64,000 nt of DNA from the NCBI RefSeq assembly GCF_006345805.1, contig NC_042998.1:103354001-103418000 (forward strand), written 5' to 3'. Under the pieces are notes generated by a model. The model saw only the letters and a program-made list of their open reading frames with translations, was not told the origin of the DNA and did not search any database. Positions 25,263 through 38,700 of this stretch are shown piece after piece. A program made the translations under genes and the position numbers. Within the stretch, counting starts at the first letter, position 1. Every line of letters starts with the position of its first letter. The stretch comes from Octopus sinensis. Taxonomy: Eukaryota.

Positions 25263-25844
25263 AAGTGTTTAATGAGTTTTAAAAAAAGTTGGAAACCACC
25301 TTGATTTCATTAAAAATAGCAATTCATATATAAAGCTGGGGGTTCTCTTTACTGCTTTAAGCACACACACACATACCATCATCATTTAATGTCCCTTTTT
25401 TGATGCTTGCTTGAATGGAACCAAATTTTTTGTGGCACTTTCTCTACGGCTGACCACTTTTCTTGTTGCCAACCCTCACCTGTTTCCAAGGAAAGTAATA
25501 TTTTCCCAGGACTAGACATGTTTTCATGGAAGACTGAAAATAAACAGCACCTCTTCTATGACTGATGCTTGTTTACAGCCATCACATGATGTCAAAACAA
25601 GGATTCTCACAAACACACTTTCATCTATATTTATGTATATACGATGGCTTCTTTCAGTTTCTTAGTACCAAATCTTACAAGGTTAGGTTGGCCTGAGGCA
25701 ATAGTAGAAAACACTTGCCCAAGGTACTGTGCAGTGGGACCTTACAACACAAACTTCTTAACCACATAGCCACGTTTTTTTTTTTTGTTTTTAATGTTCC
25801 TGAATGTGTAGTGTGCTTATTCATACGAACATTATTTCATTATA

Positions 25845-26433
25845 CAAAAGGAAGACCTGGGATAAGGTTGTGAAGCACAACCTTTGAATGTTGGGCCTCA
25901 CAGAGGCAATAATAAGTGACTGAGATGTTTGGAGATATGCTGTGCTTGAGAAGACCTAATGAGACTGTAGCCAAGGCCTATGCCAGTGTCACATAACCAG
26001 CCCATTTAAGAGTACCCTTCAATCATTGGGCAATATACTGTGCTTGAGAAGACCTGTTGAGTTAAAGAAATCATTGTTGTGGCTGATGCCAGTACTGCTT
26101 GACTGGCACATGTGCCAGTGGTATTTAAAGAGCACCATTTGAGTGTGGTCAATGCCAATCCGACCAAACTGGCTCCTGTGCCGGTGGCATGTAAAAAGCA
26201 CCATTTGAGTGTGGTTGATGTCAGTACTGCCTGACTGGCCCCTGTGCCGGTGGCATGTAAAAAGCACCCACTAAACTCTCAGAGTGGTTGATGTTAGGAA
26301 GGGCATCCAGCTGTAGAAACTTTGTCGGATCAGATTGGAGCCTGGAGCAGCCTCCTGGCTTGCCAGTCTTCAGTCAAACCGTCCAACCCATGCCAGCATG
26401 GAAAGCGGACATCAAAAGATGATGATGATAATG
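25845..26433 (+). mobile_element. RTE LINE 3' end with ~62-bp internal tandem units and (GAT)n tail
   Basis: GRPRKTW-like remnant, then GGAAGGGCATCCAGCTGTAGAAAC..CCATGCCAGCATGGAAAGCGGAC and GATGATGAT. Confidence 0.8.
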
Positions 26434-26502
26434 ATGAAAAGGAAAGAGTATATTCTGTTTGTTTTATTTTATCCTCTTTTGTATTTCTCACATTTACTTC
26501 AG

Positions 26503-26604
26503 AAATGGAAGTGGATACAGAAAAGGTTAATTTTACTAAAAAGAAAGCCAGGAGGTCTTCTTTTACTCCAGGAAGAGCCAAGCAATTCCAAGACAACAAA
26601 TTAG
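26503..26604 (+). CDS. DSN1: DSN1-like exon with the basic RRSSF motif
   Basis: catttacttcag|AAATGGAAG..TTAG|gtgaga; MEVDTEKVNFTKKKARRSSFTPGRAKQFQDNKL. Confidence 0.8.
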   Translation, partial: KWKWIQKRLILLKRKPGGLLLLQEEPSNSKTTN

Positions 26605-29600
26605 GTGAGATTTTTGTAGAACATTCATCAAAATTTGGTAGTGTTAATAGAAGTAAGGGGTAAAAAAAACCATTGAAGATAGCTATCATAACCAAATGTG
26701 GTTTATATTAATATTATCATTACCATGATGTTGTTGTTGAACCATAGCTCAGCCTTATCAATCTTGACCAGTCAGACTTTCTGTTTAGGACAACATTATC
26801 CAATGTGTCCTTCCTTTCTTAAGATAGCAGGTGTAATTTGGCTGCTATTTCTTGTAGGTTGACCAATAGTGTAGGTACTCCTTCATTGGCTCGCTTTAGT
26901 GAGGCTTTTTAAGGTGTCGGACTACCAGCTGGTGTAGTGGAGTCAAAGATTTATAATCTAGTGCTGCAATGTCTAAGATCCTCACTCTTCATAGTTCACT
27001 ACACCTCACTGTAATAACATACACCTAGTAAGGTGTCTGAGTTTTATTACAATACCATGCTGTGGTAACATTCTATTTAATCATATATGTTATCTGTGAC
27101 CTTTAAGAATAATTTTATTTCATCTAATAATAAACCAACTGATATGATTCTTACAGGTCACAGAAATCAGTGGAGTGTTTACATTGTTGACTTCCTAGAA
27201 ATAACAGCCAAATCTCCTTCAAATCATGCTCTGTTATCATCATCTTAAAGAGACATTTGATCAAATGGTCTTAAGTTGTAATGCAAGATGGCTGTGGCTC
27301 AAAATACCTTTGACCATAAGTCTGTTAAATCATGGTTGATATAGAGCTAAGCAACAACAATAATACCATTAGGTTTCTAACTAAAAGGGCTCTGTCAAAT
27401 CTGGGTCATAATATTATGTAACACTCGTCACACTCAAACATATCTGCTGATTTTATGTTTTTCAATTTTGTAGCTATGGTTATGTTAGAAAATGCTTTAT
27501 GATGTAACATGTAAGAATCGTATATTCATACATATATATATTCATAGGCGCAGGAGTGGCTGTGTGGTAAGTAGCTTGCTTATGAACCACATGGTTCCAG
27601 GTTCAGTCCCATTGCGTGGCACCTTGGGCAAATGTCTTCTACTATGGTCTCAGGCCGACCAAAGCTTTGTGAGTGGATTTGGTAAACGGAAACTGAAAGA
27701 AGCCCGTTGTATATATGTATATATATATGTATGTGTGTGTCTCTGTTTGTCCCCCCTAACATCGCTTAACAACCGATGCTGGTGAGTTTACGTCCCTGTA
27801 ACTTAGCAGTTCGGCAATAGAGACTGATAGAATAAGTACTAGACTTAGAAGGAATAAGTCCTGGGGTCGATTTGCTTGACTAAAGGCAGTGCTCCAGCAT
27901 GGCCACAGTCACATGACTGAAACAAGTAAAAGAGTACATGCAACTGTATGTAATTGCTACACAATCAAATATTTAAATCTACATACCTCTTTTATGTTTT
28001 ATCTTTTACTTGTTTCAGTCCATTAGACTGTGGCCATGCTGGGGCACTGCCTTGAAGAATGTTAGTTGAATGAATCGACTCTAGTACTTATTTTTCTGCT
28101 GAGCCTAGTACTTATTCTGTCAGTCACTTTTGCCAAACTGCTAAGTTACAAGGATATAAACACTAACACACACACACACACATATATATGTGTATATATA
28201 TATCAGTAAGGTGAAGATTAGCAATGAGTATAGTGATGAATTTAGCGTATAAGTAGGGGTTCACCAACCATCAGTCCTCTACTCCCTCTTGCTCATCATA
28301 ATCCTCTAGGCAATAACAAGAATTTAAGACAGGCTACCCATGGGAGCTCCTCTATGCTGATGATTTTCTTCTTATAGCCGAATCACTACCAGAGCTAGAG
28401 AAGAAATTTCAGACGTGAAAGCAAGGCCTAGAATCAAAGGGCCTTAGAGTTAATCTAGTAAAAACCAAAGTCTTAGTAAGTAGGAGAGCAGACAAATCAC
28501 AAATCTTTTCTGGTAGATGGTCCCGCTCTACCTGTAGAAAAGGCATAGGTAAAAACTCCATAAGATGGACCTGGTGTAAGCTATAGACACATAAGAGGTG
28601 CAACAATATCAGAGGAAGGTTAACTGGGAAAATAGTTTTTGTGTGTGGAAGGTGCACGGGTACAGTTAACACTAAAAATGTACAGGAAATAGACTCCATC
28701 AAATGCCAGGGAAGAAAACTAGAAGTAATTGATAGTTTCCATTACCTAAGTGATCAAGTCAGTAGCTGAGATGGATGCTCTGAGAGCATAGCTGCTAGAA
28801 TGAGAATAGGCTGGGTAAAGTTCAATGAGCTCCTACCTTTGTTGGTAACAAAGGGACTCTCTCTCAGAATGAAAGGCAGATTGTATGATGCATGTGTGTC
28901 AACAGCCAGTGAGACATAGGCTGTGACCATTTAGGACACATGTAGGCTTGACAGATATGAAGCTAGTATGCTTCACTGGATGTATGATGCCAGTGTGCAT
29001 GCACGACAGAGTGTAAGCATCTTGAAAAAATAATTGGGCGTAAACGGCATCAGATGTAGTGTGCTGGTATGGTCGTGATGCATATGGACAAGGACAGCTG
29101 TGTGAAGAAGTGCCATACCCTAACAGTGGAGGGAACCTGAGGAAGAGGTAGACCCAGGAAGACATGGGACAAGGTGGTGAAACATGATGTTTGAATGTTG
29201 GACCTCACAGGGGCAATGACAAGAGACCAAGACTTTTAGCGATATATCATACTTGAGAAGACTTGTCAAGCCAAGTGAAATTGGAGTCCTGGCCGATAAC
29301 AGTGCCATATGTAACTGGCACATAAAAAGCACCCTTTGAACATTGGGCAATATGCTGTGCTTGAGAAAACACATTAAGCCAAGTGTATCGTAGTCGTAGT
29401 ATTGGGTAACTGACATTCATTCCGGTGGTACCGTTCAAGTGAGATCATAGTTGTGGCCGATGCTGGTGTTACGTAACTGGCACATAAAAAGCACCCGCTA
29501 CATTCTTGGTGTGGTGGTGTTAAGAAGAGCATCCAGCCATAGAAACAATTGCCACATCTAACTGGAACTTAATGCAGCTTACCAGTTGTCAGTCAAACCA

Positions 29601-32278
29601 TCCAACTCATGCCAGCATGGAAAATGGACGTTTAATGATGATAATGATACACAATGGGCTGCTTTCAGTTTCCATTTACCAAATCCACTATCAAGACTTT
29701 GGTCAGCCTGTGGCTATAGGAGAAGACACTTGCCCAAGGTGTCACACAGTGGGACTGCACTCAGAACCTTGTGGTTAAGAAGCAAACTTCTTACCTCATT
29801 GTGCCTATGAGCTTGTTAACAAGAATGGAAGATAAACCAGCGTTCCTTTTCTTTCTTAAAATTCTTCAATTTCTTGTAAGAAATAAGCAGGGTTCTTCAA
29901 ATTTTACCATCTTCTTTCCATTTCACATTCTTTTATCCATTGGGCATTTAAACCTGTCATATACAGTCCAAATATTCTGTCTGTTTTATGTTCAAAGTAA
30001 CCAGATCCAGCCTGCCGCACCTACTTTGCAATGCCATTCTTAAAATAAGAAAGCACATCATCAAAATCTTGAAGCTACAAAATAATGCATGATTAACTCT
30101 AAACAGTGACATTACATTTGACAGAGTAATTTGAATGCAAGAGGATTATAGTAAACTGAACAGACCCATGTGACTGTATCTGTGTCACTAATGGTTGTTA
30201 TATAGATGGTTCCAGGCATATATTGTTTCAAAAAAAGTTTGTTTTAGCCTATAAACATAGGTTATTCATATATTGCTTTCATTGGATCAATCAATGCTTC
30301 ATTGCATTTTTAATGCTAAGAGTGACAAGGAATTTTCAGTGTAACATGGGCAGAACAAATACTGCAGAGGATATATTTGTTCAAAGTGATTTTTCTTAAT
30401 CAGTTTTTGCATTGTTTAGATGTTTTGTTAATATACATTAGCAAAAGTTATATATGGGTATGAGTTTTCTACAATAGTTTTCTGCTAACCAGTGCCTTAT
30501 GAGTTAATTTGGTAAGCAGAAACTGTATGAAGCCCATTGTATATGTATGTGCAGGAATATTGACATATTTATTTTGATTGTCACAACCCTTGCTGTAATA
30601 TTTACATTTCTGTTGACTTTATGACCAGTCACTCTGCACTTTTTATGGCTTGTGGAATAAAAAGAAATCCCTTACTTGGAAAACAGGTAAGGGTTGGTAA
30701 CAAGAAAAACAACAGGCCACAAAATTTATCCTCAAATAAGTTTCCCTGCAACCAATGCCAGCTTGTAAAAATAGATATCAAATAAACACACACACATATA
30801 TATGCATAGAATATTTGAAGTGGTGTGCTGATATTGTATATTAAGAAGAAGGAGGCAGTTAGAATTTTAGATAGTACTTTATTAACTCTCTCATCTGTTC
30901 AGTCAAACTGTTCAGACATAATGCATTATTTCTGAAGAGTTCGATTAAATTGACAAATGCACTAATAAAGAATTATCCAAAATTCTTCTTAACACACACA
31001 TATGCACACACGCAGGCAGGCAGGCAGATCTTCTTGAGTACAGCAATGCACCACATATCTTTGTCCTCTGTCATCTTCTAAAGGTTCAGTGTTTTGAGAT
31101 TGGCTTTCAATACTTTGAAAAAGTCTGTTCCTGTCAGGTGTTCAACCCATACAATGTAAAGTGGACATTAACTGATAATGACTATAATTATGGAGAGAGA
31201 ACAGGCTGCACCAGCACATGGCTGGTACACCGGGGCAAAACACAATATTCTGTCCTGGAATCATGTCTACAACTTTATGGTCATGAGTGCAACGCCTTAA
31301 TCCCTATTACATGTACCTTAACTTGGATTAGTGATGTGATATAATATTTGAGTTTTGGTTTTCTCGTTTCCCCAAAGGGATCAGAAGCAAGCTCTGAATT
31401 GTGCTTTTATGCTTGCAAGTAAATAGGGGGCAATTACCATGTTTTGCTTTTCTTCTTACTCTTTCCTCACAACATAACACTTAACCATGAACAGATTGAT
31501 AGAATTAACTTTTACGAAGTTATCACTGTCACCCAAGCTATAAAGCCCTTTTAGGTTACATGACATGCACTGCTTTCTGCTCCTACTACATTAATGTCTT
31601 AAATGTGTAACTTTTCATTAAACATGTATGTTTTCCAATTTTAGACATAACTTGTGATATCAAGGGAAGCCTTTCCACTGATTTACAGTTGTCAGAGTTG
31701 ACTAAGAAGTGTATGAAGGTATGTGAAACAGCTTCATATTAAAACCATCTCTGTTTTTTTATGTTATTTAATTTTAACATTTGTCCTTAATATTTAATGC
31801 TTTGTTGCCTTGTTCAGTATTATTCTGTTATGATTGAGGTGAATATTCAAAGTTTCTAGCTGTGTCAATCTTACCTTTATTGTTGGCATTTTGTCATAAA
31901 GTTATTTAATTCCGTTTGGTTGGAATGATTTCAGTCTCATATATGATTGTGATGTTGCATGCCTTGTCTGATGAGCATTCATCCTTCTTTATACATGAAC
32001 ATTATGCATTTTACTTGGACTTGACATGAGAGCGTTTTACATAGCACCAGTACCTGCAAAACAAATATTACTCAGCTTTGAGAGGGAGTGGGGCATATTA
32101 TGTATGTGTGTATATATGTATATGCATATATGTCTATATATATATATATGTGAGTGTTTATATGGGTATTCTAATTTTGTTCTTTCAGCATGCTTTTAAT
32201 ATTCTTGCAAATGAAATACCTACCTTGGAAAATACAAATATCTGTGATGAAGGTAATTTATTATTATTATTATTGTTA

Positions 32279-32310
<32 letters not shown>

Positions 32311-35300
32311 TTTTTTTTTTTTCTGAAATTGATTGAACGATATTTCGGCATCTAGCATGCCTTCCACTTACTTGTAATTTTTGAACCTGTGGAAATATCA
32401 TTTAACCAATTTCACATGATAACTATGGCACTCTTCTACTTTTTATTTCTGTATAACTTCTGAAGGAGTTACCTCAGTCCTATATAATCTTAACTTAATG
32501 GCCGATGACAGTACCACCCGATTGTCACTCGCACCAGTGGAACATTAAAAACACATCCGAGTGTGACCATTGCCAGGGTCATGGATTGGCTCCCATGCCA
32601 GTGACATGTGAAAAGCACCATTGGAGCATGATCGTTTCCAGCATCACCCTACTGGCACATGTACCAGTGGCATGTGAAAAGCAACATTCGAGCGTGGTTG
32701 TTGCCAGTGCCGTCAGACTGACTCCCATTCAGGTAGCATGTAAAAACACCTCTTGAGTGTGGCCAATGCCAGAACCGCCTGACTGGCCCTCATGCTGGTA
32801 GCACGTAAAAGCACCCACTACACTCTTGGAGTGGTTGGCGTTAGGAAGGGCATCCAGCTGTAGAAACTTTGCCAGATCAGATTGAGCCTGGTGCAGCCTC
32901 TGGCTCGCCAGTCCTCAGTCAAACCATGCAACCCATTCCAGCATAGAAAGTGGACATTAAACGATTATGATGAAGATGATCATTATTATTACTATAGACA
33001 TCGCACAGTATGCAATATTGTGAGGTTGTTGATTGAAGATATTGTGTCTACCAGGGATTTGTACTGTTTGTCAAGTCACAACAAGGACCTCAGACAGACA
33101 GTACTTTACACCATATGCATGCAATTCTAAGCAATGCCGAATTTTGCAATACATCTAGATTGTAGGGTATTTCTAAGGTTTTCAGATTCGGTGGTATTGA
33201 ACCCAATGCTCCGATGACAATAGAGATAATCTTTATGTTCAACTCTTGTAGCTGCCACATCTTAGCGATCTCAATTCTCAGGTCTCCATATTTATCAACT
33301 TTTTCTTTCATGATGATATGTTGATCACCTGACACTTCTACGTCAATTATTAGGCACTCTTGTTTGTCCCTCCTAAAGGTTACTATATCTGGCCTACGGT
33401 GCTGTAATAGTTTGTCTGTCTGGAAATCAAAGTCCCAGAGGATTTTTGCTTTCCCCTTTTCATCCATTACTTTTTCCAGTGTAAGTACCAAGCACCCATA
33501 ACCTCATATCCATATTTACGGCGTAGTAGTCAGTGGAGGTTTTAGACTATTTTGTCATGTCTATGCTTGTACTCTTTCTGTGCAAGACATTATTATTATT
33601 ATTATTATTATTATTACCTTTGCACAGCATCTAACGCTGGAGATGTACTATGGTGTCAGCTGTTCACTACCTGTGAACTAAGGTAACACCTCTTATTTTT
33701 CAAACACCTTCTGCCGTATTCGAGCGGTTCCAAGCAGTGCTGTTTTCTGCAAGTGTTCCACCCTTATTGCAGCCCCTGTTTGTTCCACATACTTCTTGAG
33801 ACTTTTGCTCACTGTTCCCAGGGCTCCGACAATTATTGATACTACTGCTACCTTTTTCATCGACCACAACTGCTTAACTTCCCAAGCTAACATGTCGTAT
33901 CTCTTGACTTTTCTGTCTTCCTTATCGCATACCTTGTTGTCAGCTGGGCATGCTATATCTATGATCCAACATTATTATTATTATTGTTATTGTTGTTTTT
34001 TGTTGTTGTTAATAAAATAGCCAGCTGGCAGAATCATTTGCACGCTGGACAAAATGCTTAATGGCATTTTGTATGTTTTTTTACGTTCTGAGTTCAAATT
34101 CCACCCAGGTCAATTTTGCCTTTCGTCCTCTTGGTGAGCACTGGGGTTGGTATGATCGGCTTACCCCTACAATTTAAAATTACTGGCTTTGTACCAAAAT
34201 TTGAAATCATTGTTATTATTATCAATTTTCAAAATATTATAGTTCAGAGCCTGTTTGGGTGTTTCATAAATTTTGTGAAAATTGGCTGTTCTGTCAAAGA
34301 AATGGTTCATCTGGTATTCTTTCTTGTGTCTATATGTGTATGTGTGTGTCTGTGTTTGTTTATTTTTATGCATTTCCAAAAATCACTGAGCTAGAAGCAG
34401 TGACATTGTTGTCATTTCCCCTATCTACAAATCATTCAGTGACTTTTGCTCCTTTAAAGACATGTGGTGTGAGAGATCTCTTGAACTATATAGGTGGAAG
34501 TCAACAACTGGAGGGGTTCCCAGTTCTAAAACAATGTCTTGATAATGTATTCATCTAGTATCCAGATTAACATGGAAGCATTGACATAAAAACAAATGGA
34601 GAAGATATCATTATCATTTAATGTCCACTTTCCATGCTGGCAGGGGTTGGACAGCTTGACAGGGCTTGACATGCCACAATGTTGGATGTATGTATGTATT
34701 TACCCCAAAGTCTTCAGATCATGTGCTGGTTGTAAACAGGCCTGCTGTTCATTTCCAGTCTTCAGTGAAAAATGTGTTTGACCATGGGAAATATTACCTT
34801 GCCTTGAAATAGGTGAGAGTTGGTAACAGGACTTTACTGTTGCCAACCCTCATGTGGCCATAGAAAATCAGCTGCAACGAATTCCATCTGACCCATACAA
34901 GCTTGGATTAGAGAATGTTAAATGATAATGATGATTTATGATAGCCAGGTATAATTTGCTGTTTCTAGCAAGCCGATTAACAAGCTGCCTTGGTCGTGGT
35001 TAGCACATACCAGCTCCTTCTTTTAGCAATTGTTGTTAGTTATTGTTTATTATTGTTTTTTTTTTTTGTTATATATTTATTTTTTCTGTTTCTACTGATA
35101 ATGACAACTCTTCATTTTCCTACTGTCGCTTAAAAAAAAATAAAAACCTCGTATTGTAACTGTATTATATGATCTACTTAATATATAGTGGTCAGTTTTA
35201 TGCAGAAACAGTATACACCACACTAAATATTTTTACAGCATTCAATACAATGTTTATGTTCAAAATGTAACTTCTTTGATTCTGAATTCAGTTAAGTACA

Positions 35301-35677
35301 CTGAAACTGCAGTAGTTTAATGTTTTGCCTAAAGGTAAAACATTCTTATAATGGGACACAAAATGCAGCATTCTAAATTATCCACCAACTAATGTTATAT
35401 TCATTCGATCAGTTTGTTACCCCACCACTATATACATACCATGTTATTTTTATAGATGTAGCCATAACATTATTTTTCCTTCACTGTTATATCTATTATG
35501 AGGTTCCTGATAGCTGTCAATGAATACTATTTTTCTGTATATATTATAGCTTACAGCTCTGTGTTCCTTTTCTTTTTAAATATTTTTATGTGGTACTGTC
35601 CATTAAGTACTGTATTGTTAAATATATCTGGAAATGTATACTGTATAAATAGACACATATATGTGATTATATATATA

Positions 35678-35742
<65 letters not shown>

Positions 35743-38700
35743 TATACATACACACACACACGTATATTCACACGTATCTATAAATGGCTTGCTCTCTCTT
35801 TCTCATTCTCTCCATATATATGTATATTGATAGATAGATAAATAGATAGATACACATGTACACATGCACACGCACCACCACACCACACAAAGCCAGTGAG
35901 AGAGACTGAGATGCAGGCATGGCTACGTGGTTAAGAAGTTTTGCTGTCACATAGTTTCATGTTCAGTCCTACTGCATGACATCATGGACAGGTGTTTTTA
36001 CTATAGCCCCAGTTTGACTACAGCCTTGTGAGTGGATTTATCAAAAGGAAACTGAAAGAAGCTCATTGTATTTATGTATGCTTGTGCTTCCTTATCTTGA
36101 TTCTGTATGTTAATTGTAAACAAACATTACCATTGTACAAACAGTGTTGTTATTGTTGTTTGTTCCTTCTCAAGCCATGCCTGGTGCAGCCATCTGGTTC
36201 GCCAGCCCTCAGTCAAAATCGTCCAACCCATGCTAGCATGGAAAGCGGACGTTAAACAATCATGATCATGATCATGATATATATATATATAAATGTGAGA
36301 ACTTACTGTGGACAAGGCTGTGTGGTATTCGGTTATAGATAAATAAAAAATACACATTAACTACAGGACATCATCATCGAATATAAAACACGCAAACACA
36401 TGAGAAACAAGCATAAGACAAAAGAACAAAAAATACACAATAAATAGACATCAACAATGAGTGAAAAATGCATAAACAGATTACTCAAAATAGGAAGTAA
36501 TAAACAGTCAGCAACTGAGGAGGAGTTAGACTTCTTTTGATATTTTGTTCCGTACTTGTCTCTTGTTATGTGTTTACATATTTTTCACTCATTGGTGATG
36601 TCCTGTTCTTATTGTGTATTTCTTATTGATTCATAATTGAATGCCACACAGCCTTGTCCGCAGTAAATTCTTACATTTATTTATAATTTCTGCGCCTCCA
36701 CACTATGTTTTCTTTCTTTTGCTCTATCCCTCAATAATCCTCTTTATTTTCCATTTCTCACCCTCGTTCTTTGCTGTCCCCTGTCTATCTTTCGTTCCTT
36801 CTTCCTTCTCCTCACTCCTTTTGTTTCTTTCCATCACTCTCTCTCTCTCTCTTGACCCCTTCCCCTTTGCCTGTTTGCTCACACATGATTACAGGCCATT
36901 TCTCTCACCTGTCTTTTCTGGACACGGCGTCCACTTAGCTGGACATCATTTCTCTTGCCTCCCGACATTTTTTCTCTTCTACTATTTTCTTCTCTTTATT
37001 CTATATCCTTTCAAAATTTCTCCCAGGTGTTACCCATTACAATGTACTTTGGCCTAACGGCCCTTAATGTTTGTCTTTGTTGATTGTTTACTCTGTACAT
37101 CCACTCTTGCTGTTTGTTCATTCAAAGCCCTAACTCTCCACAAATTTTATATTTTTACAATTTCTGGATGCTGCTGTCTTATGAAGTTTTCCTATCTTAT
37201 CGTTAAGAGCTCAAAATAGGAAGTAATAAACAGTCAACAACTGAGGAGGAGTTAGACTTCTTTTGATATTTTGTTCCGTACTTGTCTCTTGTTATGTGTT
37301 TACGTATTTTTCACTCATTGATGTCCTGTTCTTATTGTGTATTGTTTGGTATTTTGTCCTGTATTTATCTCGTGTGTTTACTTGTTTTTTGCTCGTTGGT
37401 GATGTCTTGTACCTATTATATTATTTTATATTATTTATAAAATAATATAATATGTATTTTTTATATACACACACACACCGTACAGAAACAAAACGTACTT
37501 ACTTTTTTTGCTTCATTATGTAAATCTGTTATTGCATGCCTACCAGCCCTTGTTAGCCTTCATTTAATCCTATTTCGTTTTACTTTTCACATTTTTAGTT
37601 GAAGCTGCTCTTCTTAAGAAGATCAATGCAATGACTGAAGAAAATGTCTTCCACAACCTTTATCACAAGGAGCGGTATGATTCTTTCTTTTCTGGCCTTT
37701 GCGATTTAAGATCTATTTTTTCTATCTCTTTACAAGTAACTCAGTGACAGCTTTGTAGGAGAACAAAAATGCTATAAAAGAAAATATATTAATTTATTCA
37801 TTTTATCTTGTCTGCTTCCAGTGAACATCTTTATTACATTTCAGTGTGTCTCTTAGTCTAACCAAAATGTTTATTAATTTATTTCAGCTGTTCATTGAAT
37901 CCCTTAAGTAAGCAAATTGATTCTACAAATAACCAATACAAGTCCTGTATTACTGTGTAAGTGACCTGATTTGTTACAATGCTTTCTGTTATTACGGGAC
38001 TGTCATGTTGAGTTGACAGTATACAACCACTTTATCGCTCCACCACCGCACATATCTCTATGAGATATTTAGAAATTTAATATTTCTGTTATTATTTTCT
38101 GGAAAATCAAAGAAATTTACCCCCCTCATGGTTACCAGTGCAAAACTCCTTAATTAAGTGCTAAGTCTAAGACAAGGTTGTAGAAACTGATTCTAAATTC
38201 TCACTCTTCAGACAAAATACTCCTTGACTCTTCATAACTGTATTCTGTAATGCGTATATATTTGCAATAAGTTGGATACATTGTCAGCAAAAGTTTAGCA
38301 AATAAATTTTTTGCTGTGACTATACAATTTCAATTTTTTAGTGATAATTACTTGGCACTTCATTGACTACAGACATAAAAGTAGATATAAAAAATCAGTG
38401 AATATAATCAAAGTAATGTTTATTAGAGACCTGGACCCCACCAACAATTATATATGCCATTTTAGGAGCTCAACTTCCTATTTTCATAGATTTTTGTTAC
38501 AGTGCAAGCAAAATATGTTGGAGTAGCAGCATGGAAACTTTACCTTATTTGGAATAGTTCAATCAATCATGCAATTAATATATTGCTTTTCTATACTTGG
38601 ATTGCAACATTGTCTGTTATAATATTGATGCCTAGACAGAAATCCTAGTGGATGAGTTCAACACTAAACAATGTTCTTTTATTTATGATTGCACTTTTGA

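Noticed and set aside
34380-34558. Protein-like frame ..DLLNYIGGSQQLEGFPVLKQCLDNVFI* inside a DSN1 intron
   Set aside because: Ends in a stop, lacks a good acceptor, and the flanking exons already join in phase.
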